Of a DNA stretch of 64,000 bases, positions 26,276 through 35,665 are shown one piece after another. A model generated the notes under the pieces. That model ran no database searches, was not told the DNA's origin, and saw nothing but the letters and a program-made list of their open reading frames with translations. Source of the stretch: Eubacteriales bacterium. Lineage in GTDB: Bacteria > Bacillota > Clostridia > Oscillospirales > CAG-272. Within the stretch, counting starts at the first letter, position 1, and every line of letters begins with the position of its first letter. Location: the NCBI GenBank assembly GCA_045578385.1, contig JAZNKD010000048.1:5656-69655 (forward strand). The letters run 5' to 3'. A program made the position numbers and the translations under genes.

Positions 26276-26937
26276 TAGGAGTGTTTGACAGTGGCGCAGG
26301 CGGTAGATTTGCCCTTGCCGAATTAAGAAGGTTAAGAAAAAAGGCTGACATAATCTTTTTGGCTGATAAAAAAAACGCTCCCTATGGGAGCAAAAGCGAG
26401 AAGGAGCTGATCTCCCTCGTGACAAACGATGTAAAAAGACTGCGCGAAGCAGGGGCGAAAAGAATACTGGTTGCCTGCTGTACCGCGAGTACCGTGTGGG
26501 ATAAACTCACTATTGACACCCGAAACGGTGTTATGCAGATAATATCCACTGTGGCAAAGCGTGCGCTCAATGTAAGCTCGGGAGGTAGAATCGGAGTTCT
26601 TTCTACCGAGGCTACGAGAAAAAGCGGTGCGTTTAAACGGTGGATTCCGCACGCAGTGTGCTATTCTGCACCCGAGCTCGTTACTTTAGCGGAATCGGGG
26701 GCGCGCGACGTGAATCTAACGCACGCACAAAAACAAATACTGAAAAAATCACTCTCACCCTTTTTTGAAAGCAATATTGATACGCTGATTCTGGGCTGTA
26801 CTCACTTTGCCTACTTTGAAGGTGAGATAGAAAATATACTCGGTGTAAAAACCGTCAATTCCGCAAGAGTTGCGGCAGAGGAATTCGCAAAAACGGTCTC
26901 TGACGAGGGGAACGGAATGACGTATTATATTGAGTAG
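26272..26937 (+). CDS. murI: Glutamate racemase (short form)
   Basis: GVFDSGAGG, ACCTAS and LILGCTHF carry the two catalytic Cys motifs. At 221 aa it is shorter than typical MurI. Confidence 0.8.
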   Translation: MIGVFDSGAGGRFALAELRRLRKKADIIFLADKKNAPYGSKSEKELISLVTNDVKRLREAGAKRILVACCTASTVWDKLTIDTRNGVMQIISTVAKRALNVSSGGRIGVLSTEATRKSGAFKRWIPHAVCYSAPELVTLAESGARDVNLTHAQKQILKKSLSPFFESNIDTLILGCTHFAYFEGEIENILGVKTVNSARVAAEEFAKTVSDEGNGMTYYIE

Positions 26938-27051
26938 GAATACAAATATCCAAAATGTAGGGTCGGCGTCCACGGCGGCCCGGAGTATATACAACGCTAT
27001 GCGTTTACGTATGCTTGGCTATGTCAAGTATGAAAAGAAAGGACGAATAAA

Positions 27052-27408
27052 ATGGCAAAATATAGACGCGGAAGAATAAACGATGCCGTAGCAGAGGAGC
27101 TTGCAATAGCGCTCGGCGAGGTAAGAGAGCCGAGAGTTGTAAATAATTTCGTAAGCATAACGAGAGCAGAGGTTGCACCCGACCTAAAGTATGCGAGTGT
27201 ATATTTCTCTTGTATGGGAGACAGTGACGAGGCACTGCTCGGGCTTAAAAAATGCACAGGAATGCTGCGCCATCATCTTGCTGTAACGCTGAATCTTCGA
27301 ATAACTCCCGAGCTTAACTTCATCAAGGACGGCTCAATAGAGCACGGAGCTAAAATTGCAAGACTTCTTGAGGAAATACACAGCAAGGAAGAAACCGAAA
27401 ATGACTGA
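27052..27408 (+). CDS. rbfA: Ribosome-binding factor A
   Basis: RRGRINDAVAEELA...ITRAEVAPDLKYASVYFS. 118 aa. Confidence 0.9.
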   Translation: MAKYRRGRINDAVAEELAIALGEVREPRVVNNFVSITRAEVAPDLKYASVYFSCMGDSDEALLGLKKCTGMLRHHLAVTLNLRITPELNFIKDGSIEHGAKIARLLEEIHSKEETEND

Positions 27409-28390
27409 TTATAAGATTCTTAACGCAGAGGAGTGCGCGAAAAGAATTCTCGAAATAGAGCATCCGCTCGTATTGATGCACGTGCGTCCAGACGGAGATA
27501 CGGTGGGAAGCGCCGCTGCGCTTATGTATATATTCCATAAGCTTGGCAAAGCGCCCCTCTGGGCGTGCTCCGACCCGATACCCGAGAGGCTTGAATTTCT
27601 CCTCAGAAATTACAGAGAGGCATACCGCTACGAATACGACAGCTCAACCGTCGTGACGGTGGATATACCCACCAAAGACCAGATTGGCGAAATATACGAT
27701 TTTATGCCGAGAGCTTCCCTTATGATAGATCACCACGAGGTTGGAGCGCCATTCGCGGATAACTTTATTATCGGCGGCGCTTCAAGCGCAGGCGAGGTCG
27801 TTATGCTCGTCGTTGAGGAGCTTATAAAAATGGGCAAGATAGAGCTTGACCCGGGGCTTGCATATCCTCTTTACGCAGCAATAAGCTCCGATACGGGCTG
27901 CTTCAGATACTCAAACGCAACGCCCGATACTATGCGCCGCGGAGCTACTCTTATCGAGACGGGTATAGACTCAGGAGATATAAACCACAGACTTTTCAAC
28001 AGCAAAACACCGCGCCAGATTCGCGCAGAGGGCTTCGTTGCGGAAAAGATACAGACCGAGTTTTCCGAGAGGGTTGCCTATGCAACGATAACGCGCAGAG
28101 AGCGTGAGCGTCTTGACGTTTTACTTGAGCATCTTGAGACCGCGATAGACGTCGTTCGCTCGGTTGCCTTTGTTGAAATATCCTTTGTTGTAAAGGAAAC
28201 TGACAGAGGTGAATATAAGGCTTCGCTTCGAAGCACCGAGGCTGACGTTGCAGCGGTATGCGCGAGATTCGGCGGCGGAGGTCACGTAAAGGCGGCAGGC
28301 TGCACCGTTCCTGCGAGAAGCATCGAGGAGGCGGCAAGGAAACTGCTCCGAGAAATCGGGAAAATGTACTATCCCGAAGAAAATACATAG
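27401..28390 (+). CDS. DHH/DHHA1 family phosphoesterase (NrnA-like oligoribonuclease / pAp phosphatase)
   Basis: The ATG at 27401 overlaps the rbfA end. DHH motifs are HVRPDGDTVGSA and MIDHH. The DHHA1 motif is GGGGHVKAAG. Confidence 0.8.
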   Translation: MTDYKILNAEECAKRILEIEHPLVLMHVRPDGDTVGSAAALMYIFHKLGKAPLWACSDPIPERLEFLLRNYREAYRYEYDSSTVVTVDIPTKDQIGEIYDFMPRASLMIDHHEVGAPFADNFIIGGASSAGEVVMLVVEELIKMGKIELDPGLAYPLYAAISSDTGCFRYSNATPDTMRRGATLIETGIDSGDINHRLFNSKTPRQIRAEGFVAEKIQTEFSERVAYATITRRERERLDVLLEHLETAIDVVRSVAFVEISFVVKETDRGEYKASLRSTEADVAAVCARFGGGGHVKAAGCTVPARSIEEAARKLLREIGKMYYPEENT

Positions 28391-28489
28391 GCGGCGGTCG
28401 GCGCCATCGACTATCCGTTTTTCGTCAAAATTGAGTATATGCTTGGATATACCAAGCGTGAAAATAAATAAAGAGAAAGGAAAAACAAA

Positions 28490-29380
28490 ATGAAAAACGA
28501 AATGAAAAAGGTTACTAAAGCTATAATTCCCGCAGCAGGGCTCGGAACGAGAATGTTACCCATATCTCACGCCGTACCGAAGGAGATGTTACCCATAGTT
28601 GATTTGCCTGCCGTTTATTATCTTGTTGAGGAGGCAGTAAACAGCGGAATTACCGATATCCTTATAGTAACGAACAGAGATAAGGACGCTATGGAAAACT
28701 TCTTTGACCTTTCGCCCGAGTATATCAGCGCTCTTGAAGCTAAGGGCAGAGTAGCCGAGGCTGAAAAAATTAAAAAAATAGCAAATATGGCAAATATATA
28801 TTTCCTTCGCCAGAAGGAAGCAAGGGGGCTCGGCCACGCGGTAGGCAGAGCCAGGTCCTTCGTTGGAGACGAGCCTTTCGTAGTTCTGTACGGAGACGAT
28901 ATCATCTTCTCAAAAACTCCGGTATGCCGTCAGCTCATTGACGTTTATGAAAAATACGGAAAGCCCGTTGTAGGCGTTAAGCCCGTTCCAACCGAGCAAC
29001 TCGCTAAGTACTGCTCGCTTAAGGTTGAGAAGCTTGAGGGTGAGAGCGATAGTTATGTCTGCTCTGATATGATAGAGAAGCCGAAGCCCGGACAGGAGTT
29101 CTCAAACCTCTCCATTCTTGGCAGAGTGCTTCTGACTCCAGATGCTTTTGATATTATAGACAACCTCACTCCCGGCGCGGGCGGAGAGTATCAGCTCACC
29201 GACGCGATGGCGATAATGGCAAGGGAGAATGGTGTTACCGCGCTCGAATTCGAGGGTGACCGCTACGATATGGGCTCGAAGCTCGGATTCCTTATGGCTA
29301 ACGTAACGAAAGGTCTTTTGCACGAGGAAACCGCCGAGGCGTTCCGTGAATACTTAAAGGGTCTTATCGGTAAGCTCTGA
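28490..29380 (+). CDS. galU: UTP--glucose-1-phosphate uridylyltransferase
   Basis: KAIIPAAGLGTRMLPISHAVPKEMLPIVD and LRQKEARGLGHAV motifs. Confidence 0.9.
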   Translation: MKNEMKKVTKAIIPAAGLGTRMLPISHAVPKEMLPIVDLPAVYYLVEEAVNSGITDILIVTNRDKDAMENFFDLSPEYISALEAKGRVAEAEKIKKIANMANIYFLRQKEARGLGHAVGRARSFVGDEPFVVLYGDDIIFSKTPVCRQLIDVYEKYGKPVVGVKPVPTEQLAKYCSLKVEKLEGESDSYVCSDMIEKPKPGQEFSNLSILGRVLLTPDAFDIIDNLTPGAGGEYQLTDAMAIMARENGVTALEFEGDRYDMGSKLGFLMANVTKGLLHEETAEAFREYLKGLIGKL

Positions 29381-29832
29381 TGGAAATAAGGCGTATGATA
29401 GCCGACGATGCCGCGGCAGTTGCGGAGCTTGAGGTTGAGATATTCCCTGATCCGTGGCAAGAAAAGGACATACATTCATATATCTGCACAAGCGGCGGAA
29501 TGTGCTATGTTGCAGTCTCGGACAGCAAAGTCGTATCGTATATACTCGGCAGAGTTATAGCTCCCGAGGGCGAGATATACCGTATCGCAACGAGGGTTGG
29601 ATACCGCAGGCGCGGTATTGCCTATAGGCTCCTTGACTACGCGTCAAAGTGCGAGCGGGGACGCGGGCTCGAGACCTTGTTTTTAGAGGTTAGAAGTCAG
29701 AACGTACCTGCGCGCAATCTATACCATTCCTACGGATTTCGCGATGCAGGAGTGCGTAAAAACTATTATTCCAATCCGACGGACGATGCGATAGTTATGC
29801 TTCGCGCACATTCTGCAGATTTGATAAACTGA
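29380..29832 (+). CDS. rimI: Ribosomal-protein-alanine N-acetyltransferase (GNAT)
   Basis: GNAT motif A is RRRGIAYRLL, with LEVRSQNVPARNLYHSYGF. It lies directly upstream of tsaD, the usual synteny. Confidence 0.8.
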   Translation: MEIRRMIADDAAAVAELEVEIFPDPWQEKDIHSYICTSGGMCYVAVSDSKVVSYILGRVIAPEGEIYRIATRVGYRRRGIAYRLLDYASKCERGRGLETLFLEVRSQNVPARNLYHSYGFRDAGVRKNYYSNPTDDAIVMLRAHSADLIN

Positions 29833-29880
29833 AGTAATAGTAAACAAATATTTGCATTTTACATAAATTTGAGGATTTAA

Positions 29881-30960
29881 ATGAAAATTTTAGCTTTTGA
29901 AAGCTCTTGCGATGAGACGAGTGCCGCGGTTGTTGAAAGAGACGGTGAACGCTTCCTTATAAAATCGAATATCATAGCGAGCCAGGTTGACGTGCATAGG
30001 CTTTACGGAGGGGTTGTGCCCGAGATAGCGAGCAGAGCGCATATAGAGGCGATATCCTCTATAACCTACGAGGCGCTTGGCGCGGCAGGCGTAAATCTTT
30101 CGAATATAGACCTAGTTGCCGTGACCGCAAATCCCGGGCTCATAGGTGCGCTTCTTGTCGGAGTGAACTTTGCTAAGGCGCTTGCCGTGTCAAATAATAT
30201 ACCTCTTGTTGCCGTAGATCACATAAAGGGACATATAGCTTCAGCTTATCTTTGCGAGGGTGATGTACCGAAGCCGCCTTTTGTCGCGCTTGCTGTCTCG
30301 GGCGGGCACACGGCGATATATAAAATGGAGACCTACACCGAGATATCTATGCTCGGAACTACGCTTGACGACGCGATAGGCGAGTCGTTTGACAAGATAG
30401 GCAGAATGATAGGCATACCGTATCCCGCAGGACGCGGCTTTGATGAGCTTTCCCGCGAGGGCTTTATTGAAGCGACAGGGGATTCCGAAAACTTCTATTC
30501 AAAATATAAAAAGAGCTTGTCGTATAAGGATAGGGAAATGGCTTTGCCGAGTCCGGCCTTGCGCGACGGAACCTTGAATTTCTCATTTTCGGGACTTAAA
30601 ACTGCCGCGATAAATCTGCTCCACAGATACGAGCAGAGGGGAATAGAGCTGCCCCGTGCGCTATTTGCCGCAAGATATACCTACGAGGCAGTTGAGGCGG
30701 TTGCAGCAAAAATTGACGCTGCGCTCAAAGAAAATCCCGGCTGCGATTTCGTTATGGCGGGCGGTGTTGCCGCAAACTCGCATCTTCGCAAGAGACTTTC
30801 CGAGATTGCAAGGGCAAACGGTGTGCGTATATTTATACCGCCGATATCTCTTTGCGGTGATAACGGCGCTATGATAGCCGCATCGGGTTATTTTGAATAT
30901 TTAAAGAACAATTTTGCCGACGGCTCGCTCAATGCAAGCGCGCTGGATTCGGTAGTCTGA
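29881..30960 (+). CDS. tsaD: tRNA N6-adenosine threonylcarbamoyltransferase
   Basis: MKILAFESSCDETSAAVV, VDHIKGHI, SGGHT and GGVAANSHLR motifs. A roughly 25-aa insertion lies before FSFSGLKTA. Confidence 0.9.
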   Translation: MKILAFESSCDETSAAVVERDGERFLIKSNIIASQVDVHRLYGGVVPEIASRAHIEAISSITYEALGAAGVNLSNIDLVAVTANPGLIGALLVGVNFAKALAVSNNIPLVAVDHIKGHIASAYLCEGDVPKPPFVALAVSGGHTAIYKMETYTEISMLGTTLDDAIGESFDKIGRMIGIPYPAGRGFDELSREGFIEATGDSENFYSKYKKSLSYKDREMALPSPALRDGTLNFSFSGLKTAAINLLHRYEQRGIELPRALFAARYTYEAVEAVAAKIDAALKENPGCDFVMAGGVAANSHLRKRLSEIARANGVRIFIPPISLCGDNGAMIAASGYFEYLKNNFADGSLNASALDSVV

Positions 30961-30973
30961 CAGAGGTTGATAA

Positions 30974-31684
30974 ATGGAAAGCATTGATAAAGTAAAAGGA
31001 ACTTTCGAAAAGAAAATAGCGGATGCGGAAAAGAATCCCGTTTCAGTTGCTGTTATCAGACGTTTGCCGAGATACCATAGATATCTTGGAGACCTTATCC
31101 GCGAGGGAAAGCTCCGTATATCCAGCGCAGAGCTTTCGAAAATAATGGGCGTTACCGCCTCTCAGATAAGACAGGATTTTAACTGCTTCGGAGGATTCGG
31201 TCAGCAGGGATACGGATATAACGTAAAATATCTTCACTCTAAAATAGGCGAGCTTCTCGGAATGAAGGAGGGCTATCGCGCGGTTATAGTAGGCGCGGGA
31301 AATCTTGGCAGAGCGCTTGCGGCAACTCATATGTTTGAGCGCCGAGGCGTTACGATAGTTGCGCTTTTCGATAATTCGCCTGCGGTTATAGGAACAGAGT
31401 TCAACGGATTTACTGTTCGCGACGTTAGGGAGCTTGGAAGTTTCATTAAGGAAAATTCGGTAAATATCGGCGTCTTGACCGTGCCCAAGGAATCAGCGTA
31501 CGAATGCGCTATGGCTATGGTTGAGTCGGGCGTGCGCGGACTCTGGAACTTCGCAAATATGGAGCTAACAGTTGGAGATAAGAGCGTGGTCGTTCAGAAC
31601 GTACATATGGGTGACTCGCTTATGACGCTTTGCTTTGGTATGAAGACGGGCGCGGACAAGGGGATTTTTGATGACGAGATATAA
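30974..31684 (+). CDS. rex: Redox-sensing transcriptional repressor Rex
   Basis: RLPRYHRYL, SSAELSKIMGVTASQIRQDFNCFGGFGQQGYGYNV and the Rossmann motif VIVGAGNLGRAL. Confidence 0.92.
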   Translation: MESIDKVKGTFEKKIADAEKNPVSVAVIRRLPRYHRYLGDLIREGKLRISSAELSKIMGVTASQIRQDFNCFGGFGQQGYGYNVKYLHSKIGELLGMKEGYRAVIVGAGNLGRALAATHMFERRGVTIVALFDNSPAVIGTEFNGFTVRDVRELGSFIKENSVNIGVLTVPKESAYECAMAMVESGVRGLWNFANMELTVGDKSVVVQNVHMGDSLMTLCFGMKTGADKGIFDDEI

Positions 31685-32690
31685 ATTTTTGAAAAAGGCG
31701 AGCAAAACCGCAGAATTTTCCGAGGCAAGCTCACACGAGCTCAAGCTGCTCGTTGCTCTTTTTGAGTCCGGAGGTGAGCTTGACGAGGAGGATTTTATTG
31801 AGAAAAGCGGTGTCTCAAGGGCGAGACTTTTCTCGGCACTGGCTCTCTGGCAGGAGGCGGGCGTGATAGAGCCTATGTCCGAGAGTGAAGCTTCTGCCGA
31901 GGTATCCTTCTACGGAAACCTCGTTCGCGAGGAATTTCCCGAGCGTACCGTTCTTGGTGAGCTTGAGGAAGAAAGCGGAGCCGATATTGCAAGGACTATA
32001 AGAAGCAATAAGCTTGCGGCGCTTTTTGACGAGTGCGCGGCGCTGATGCACAAGACTATGCTTACCCCTGCCGAGATACGCCGTATATCAGAGCTTTCCT
32101 CGCAGTACGAGCTTTCGGAGGAGTATATTGCGCTTCTGGCAGCGCATCTTAACGAGGAGAATATGCTCTCGGTCGGAATACTCGTAAAACGCGCAATAAC
32201 TCTCGTCGGACGCGGAGTTGCGAACGTTGAGGCGCTCACCGAATATATTGCGAATAGGGAAAAGGAAAAATCCGAGCTTTACGAATATAAACGCTTGTTC
32301 GGTATTTACAATAGAACTCTTTCAAAAACCGAAAGAGAGTATATCGAAAAATGGAGTGAGGAATATACATACGGCACCGAGATTGTCGGTATGGCTTACG
32401 ATATAACCGTTCTGAATACGCAGAAATGCTCGTTCAGGTATATGGACAAGCTTCTTTCGGATTGGCATAATGCAGACTGTAAGACGCTTGCCGAGTGCGA
32501 ATCAAGATACGAGGAATATAAGCGAGAGCTAGACGCTCTTGCAGAGGAAAAGCGTCAGAAGACTGAAAATCGCAGAGGAGCGAAGAAAAAAACCGAGAAG
32601 CGCTACGGAGACTTCGATCCCGAAGAGGCATTCCGCCTGGCTCTTGCGCGCTCGTTCTCGGATAGTAATTCAGATTCTTCCGATAGTTAA
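31668..32690 (+). CDS. DnaD-domain replication initiation / helicase-loading protein (B. subtilis DnaB/DnaD type)
   Basis: Two DnaD-like repeats are present (...MLTPAEIRRISELSSQYELSEEYIALL... and ...RYMDKLLSDWHNADCKTL...), followed by a basic/acidic tail. It precedes the DnaI-like ATPase. Confidence 0.65.
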   Translation: MMTRYKFLKKASKTAEFSEASSHELKLLVALFESGGELDEEDFIEKSGVSRARLFSALALWQEAGVIEPMSESEASAEVSFYGNLVREEFPERTVLGELEEESGADIARTIRSNKLAALFDECAALMHKTMLTPAEIRRISELSSQYELSEEYIALLAAHLNEENMLSVGILVKRAITLVGRGVANVEALTEYIANREKEKSELYEYKRLFGIYNRTLSKTEREYIEKWSEEYTYGTEIVGMAYDITVLNTQKCSFRYMDKLLSDWHNADCKTLAECESRYEEYKRELDALAEEKRQKTENRRGAKKKTEKRYGDFDPEEAFRLALARSFSDSNSDSSDS

Positions 32691-32770
32691 ATTTTATCGC
32701 TATAAAGCTTTTATTAAAGTGTCGTTTGCGCGTAAAAGTAACGCTTTATTTACATATAGGGGGCATTTGT

Positions 32771-33739
32771 ATGCACAATTTTGAAAATTATCATAAAGTT
32801 AAAGAGATGATAGAGAAGCGCCGTCAGAACGCGATTGCTCTTTCGGAGTCCAGAAAGCTCGAGCTCCGTTCGCTCTCGTCCGAAATTGCCGAAATAGACG
32901 AAGAGCTTCGCAAGACCTCTATGAAAATATTACGCGTCGCTATGTCCCGCGGCAACGTGGGTGAAATTAAAGAGGAGAATCTCCGTCTTAACGAAAGACG
33001 CCGAGCCGTTATAAGAAGCCTCGGTTATCCGGAGGATTACGATGCCATAAAATATTTCTGCCCGTTTTGCAAGGACGAGGGATTTTTACCCTCGACCAAG
33101 GTCTGTGAGTGCTTTAAACGTCTGCTTTATACCGAAAATATAAAATCCTCGGGTATCGGCAGACTTATAGACGAGCAGTCGTTTGAGAATTTTGACCTTT
33201 CAGCGTATTCATATAATCCCGAAACCTACAGCAAGATGCAGAACGTGTTTAATAATGCACACGATTTTGCAGTAAATTACGGAAAACGCCATAAGGGCAA
33301 AAATATGCTTTTCATAGGTAAAACGGGTACGGGAAAAACTCATATTTCAACCTCTATCGCAAAAGTTTTGATTGAGGGCGGCTATTACGTTTTATACGAT
33401 AGCTCGCAGAATATCGTAACGGCGTTTGAAAACGATAAATTCAGGTCTGGCTACGGCGCGTACGAGCCTACCGCAGATAAGTACCTCGAGTGCGATCTGT
33501 TGATTATTGACGACCTCGGCACCGAGTTCGTAAATCAGTTCACCATATCCTGTCTTTACAATCTTCTCAACACGAGAAGAAACCGCGGGCTTTCCACTAT
33601 AATTTCAACTAACCTTGACCCTGCCGAGCTTGCCTCGAAGTATGAGGACAGAATTTACTCGCGTATCGTCGGCTCGGATTATAAGGTAATGTTCTTTGAG
33701 GGTAAGGATTACAGGCTTTTCGGAAAAAGAAGAGTGTAA
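32771..33739 (+). CDS. DnaI/DnaC-family helicase loader ATPase
   Basis: The ATG is at 32771. An N-terminal zinc motif reads CPFCKDEGF...CEC. Walker A is GKTGTGKTH, Walker B is LLIIDDLGTE, followed by sensor residues. Confidence 0.8.
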   Translation: MHNFENYHKVKEMIEKRRQNAIALSESRKLELRSLSSEIAEIDEELRKTSMKILRVAMSRGNVGEIKEENLRLNERRRAVIRSLGYPEDYDAIKYFCPFCKDEGFLPSTKVCECFKRLLYTENIKSSGIGRLIDEQSFENFDLSAYSYNPETYSKMQNVFNNAHDFAVNYGKRHKGKNMLFIGKTGTGKTHISTSIAKVLIEGGYYVLYDSSQNIVTAFENDKFRSGYGAYEPTADKYLECDLLIIDDLGTEFVNQFTISCLYNLLNTRRNRGLSTIISTNLDPAELASKYEDRIYSRIVGSDYKVMFFEGKDYRLFGKRRV

Positions 33740-34275
33740 ATTTCCGCGCACCTATTCTGTAAACCAACCCAATTTTAACACGGGAGCTGACGATTTTAAA
33801 AATTAATAATAAAAGGCTGCCGAATGCTATGAAGCGAACCCAAAAGATTAGACAAAAAATAAATATTAAGTTTGTTGCGAATGAGCTCGGTACTCCACCG
33901 TGCTCATTCCTTTTAGTTTTAGAGAGATTCTCTCACTGTTGTAGTAATGTATTTATTCTTCCAACTTCTCAATGAATCCCCTAGGGGATTCGAATCTTTC
34001 GCCGTTTCCTCGCTCGCCGTACTTTTGTACGGTTATACTGACCACTCCCGTGTCGCAAGCCGTCGTCTGCGTAAGCCTCGACTCGTCTTGCTCGCGTACG
34101 TGGGACTTCGCTTCAAAAAACGCTTATTAACCGTTTTTTTGTTTGCTCACACTCGTCAGCCGACGATTTCTGCTCTAACTCAAGCGAGCCCCAAAGGCGC
34201 TTCGCACTAAGAATTCAGATTTTTGCTGAAAAAGACCTTAGTACATCTGAATTCTTAATGACTCAGCCCCTTTGT

Positions 34276-35406
34276 TTATTCTGTTTCAAGATTTATATTA
34301 ATTCCGTTTATTTCCACGCCCTCGGTTGCGCGTATCATTATGTACTGAACGCCGCCGATTATCTGCGTTGAGACAAGCTCCTTATGCTCGGGATTAACCT
34401 TTATCGTAACGTCAGGAGTTGTAAGCTCAAACTTTTTCGTGTCAACTATGTTTTTCGGCTTTAAAGATGCGCCCACGCCAAAGCTTTCGTCCATAGCGTC
34501 GCCAACCATTTCCACCTTTTCTTCGGCTATTCCGCAACCCTCGAGAACACTTTTGACGGTTGCTTTCGTAATAACCAGAGGCTCGGGGTTCTTTGACTCC
34601 TTGTGAGCTTCTATCATCTCGGCAAACTGAGTATGTACCGAGCGAACCACCTCGAAATCAAGTTCGTCGGAAAGCGCGTCGGAGAGGCACTCGTTAAACG
34701 TAGCTTTTTGAACTCTTGGTGGCATAGGCGATTGCTTTCCGAAAATATTATCAGTAAATTCAGGGTAGGACTCTGAAAGGCTTCTGGTGTAATAAAGAGA
34801 GCCGTATATATTTGTTTTTCTGTCATCAAAGAGAGGGAACATAAATCCAAGCTCGACTGCGCCGAGAAGTCCCGTTGCGCTTACCGTATGGAAAAGGCTG
34901 TCAGACTCACGGAACGTGAGTGCTTCGGGAATATTTTTTATAGGGCAAACTGCAAAGACTATGTATGAAAAACGCTCCGAAGATTCAGATTCCTCTCCGT
35001 TGTTCGCTTTTGTCATAACATCGTATACGTCGTTTGCAAGCAAAATAACGTAATTGCCTTCGAATTTAACGCTTTCTATAACCTTTGAGTAAAATAAAGA
35101 GAGTGTTTCCTCGTCGCGAAGCTCGCTGTCGCGAAGCTTCATAAGGAGCTTATGTTCTTCGCTTTCGTTTACGTCCCTTGTGCTGAAGGATATTTCGTTC
35201 AGATTTGTTCCAAGCGTGCCCGAAAGCGTTTTCTTCATAACGCCGAGCAGCTTTTCGGTAACAACCGAATCGGACGTTCCGAGCGTCTGCGATATTTTGG
35301 ATAGAATTTCGCCGTTTCCGTTAACGAAGCAGCCGACGATTCTCGGAATGTTGCTGTGCTCGGGGCGGAATCTTCTTTTAATTTCTCTGAGTTCTCTTTC
35401 TGTCAT
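34276..35406 (-). CDS. Conserved hypothetical protein (DUF4317-like, assignment from memory)
   Basis: 376 aa. The RBS acggagaa precedes the ATG at 35406. The N-terminus is MTERELREIKRRFRPEHSNIPRIVGCFVN. No TM or signal sequence is present. Confidence 0.5.
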   Translation of the reverse strand: MTERELREIKRRFRPEHSNIPRIVGCFVNGNGEILSKISQTLGTSDSVVTEKLLGVMKKTLSGTLGTNLNEISFSTRDVNESEEHKLLMKLRDSELRDEETLSLFYSKVIESVKFEGNYVILLANDVYDVMTKANNGEESESSERFSYIVFAVCPIKNIPEALTFRESDSLFHTVSATGLLGAVELGFMFPLFDDRKTNIYGSLYYTRSLSESYPEFTDNIFGKQSPMPPRVQKATFNECLSDALSDELDFEVVRSVHTQFAEMIEAHKESKNPEPLVITKATVKSVLEGCGIAEEKVEMVGDAMDESFGVGASLKPKNIVDTKKFELTTPDVTIKVNPEHKELVSTQIIGGVQYIMIRATEGVEINGININLETE

Positions 35407-35445
35407 AATATTCTCCGTAAAATTGCGTACGATAGGTGCAAATCT

Positions 35446-35588
35446 TGCCTGCGCGTAAAAAATGGCCTGCCCGATAGTCGCACACCTTGCCTGCCCATAA
35501 AAATGGCCTGCCCGATAGTCGTACAGCTTGCCTGCCCGTAAAAATGGCCTGCCCGATAGTCGTACAGCTTGCCTGCCCGTAAAAAAAA
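35446..35588 (-). repeat. Tandem repeat of about 41 nt (about 3.5 units) seeded by the 3' end of tRNA-Arg
   Basis: On the plus strand, tggcctgcccgatag (the complement of tRNA 3' CTATCGGGCAGGCCA) recurs at about 35463, 35504, 35545 and, in the tRNA itself, 35589. The half-site gcctgccc(g/a) recurs every 17-24 nt at 35446, 35465, 35488, 35506, 35530, 35547, 35571 and 35591. Confidence 0.9.
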
Positions 35589-35665
35589 TGGCCTGCCCGA
35601 TAGGATTCGAACCTACGATCTCAAGAGTCGGAGTCTTGTGCGTTATCCAGCTACGCTACGGGCAG
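35589..35665 (-). tRNA. tRNA-Arg (anticodon CCG), CCA-encoded
   Basis: The cloverleaf was folded by hand. Acceptor stem: CTGCCCG/CGGGCAG. D stem: GCGT/ACGC, with loop AGCTGGATA. Anticodon stem: CAAGA/TCTTG, with loop CTCCGAC. Variable loop: AGATC. T arm: GTAGG-TTCGAAT-CCTAT. Discriminator G, then CCA. Total 77 nt. The C1:G72 first pair is unusual. Confidence 0.88.

Noticed and set aside
33947-34210. 87-aa ORF (MYLFFQLLNESPRGF...)
   Set aside because: It has no RBS, an odd composition, and runs through several strong hairpins and a perfect palindrome. It is more likely non-coding.
34209-34256. 12-bp inverted repeat just downstream of the DUF4317-like gene, as a rho-independent terminator
   Set aside because: The stem is strong, but the loop is 24 nt and neither side has a U-tract. 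It is kept only as part of the structured-region observation.
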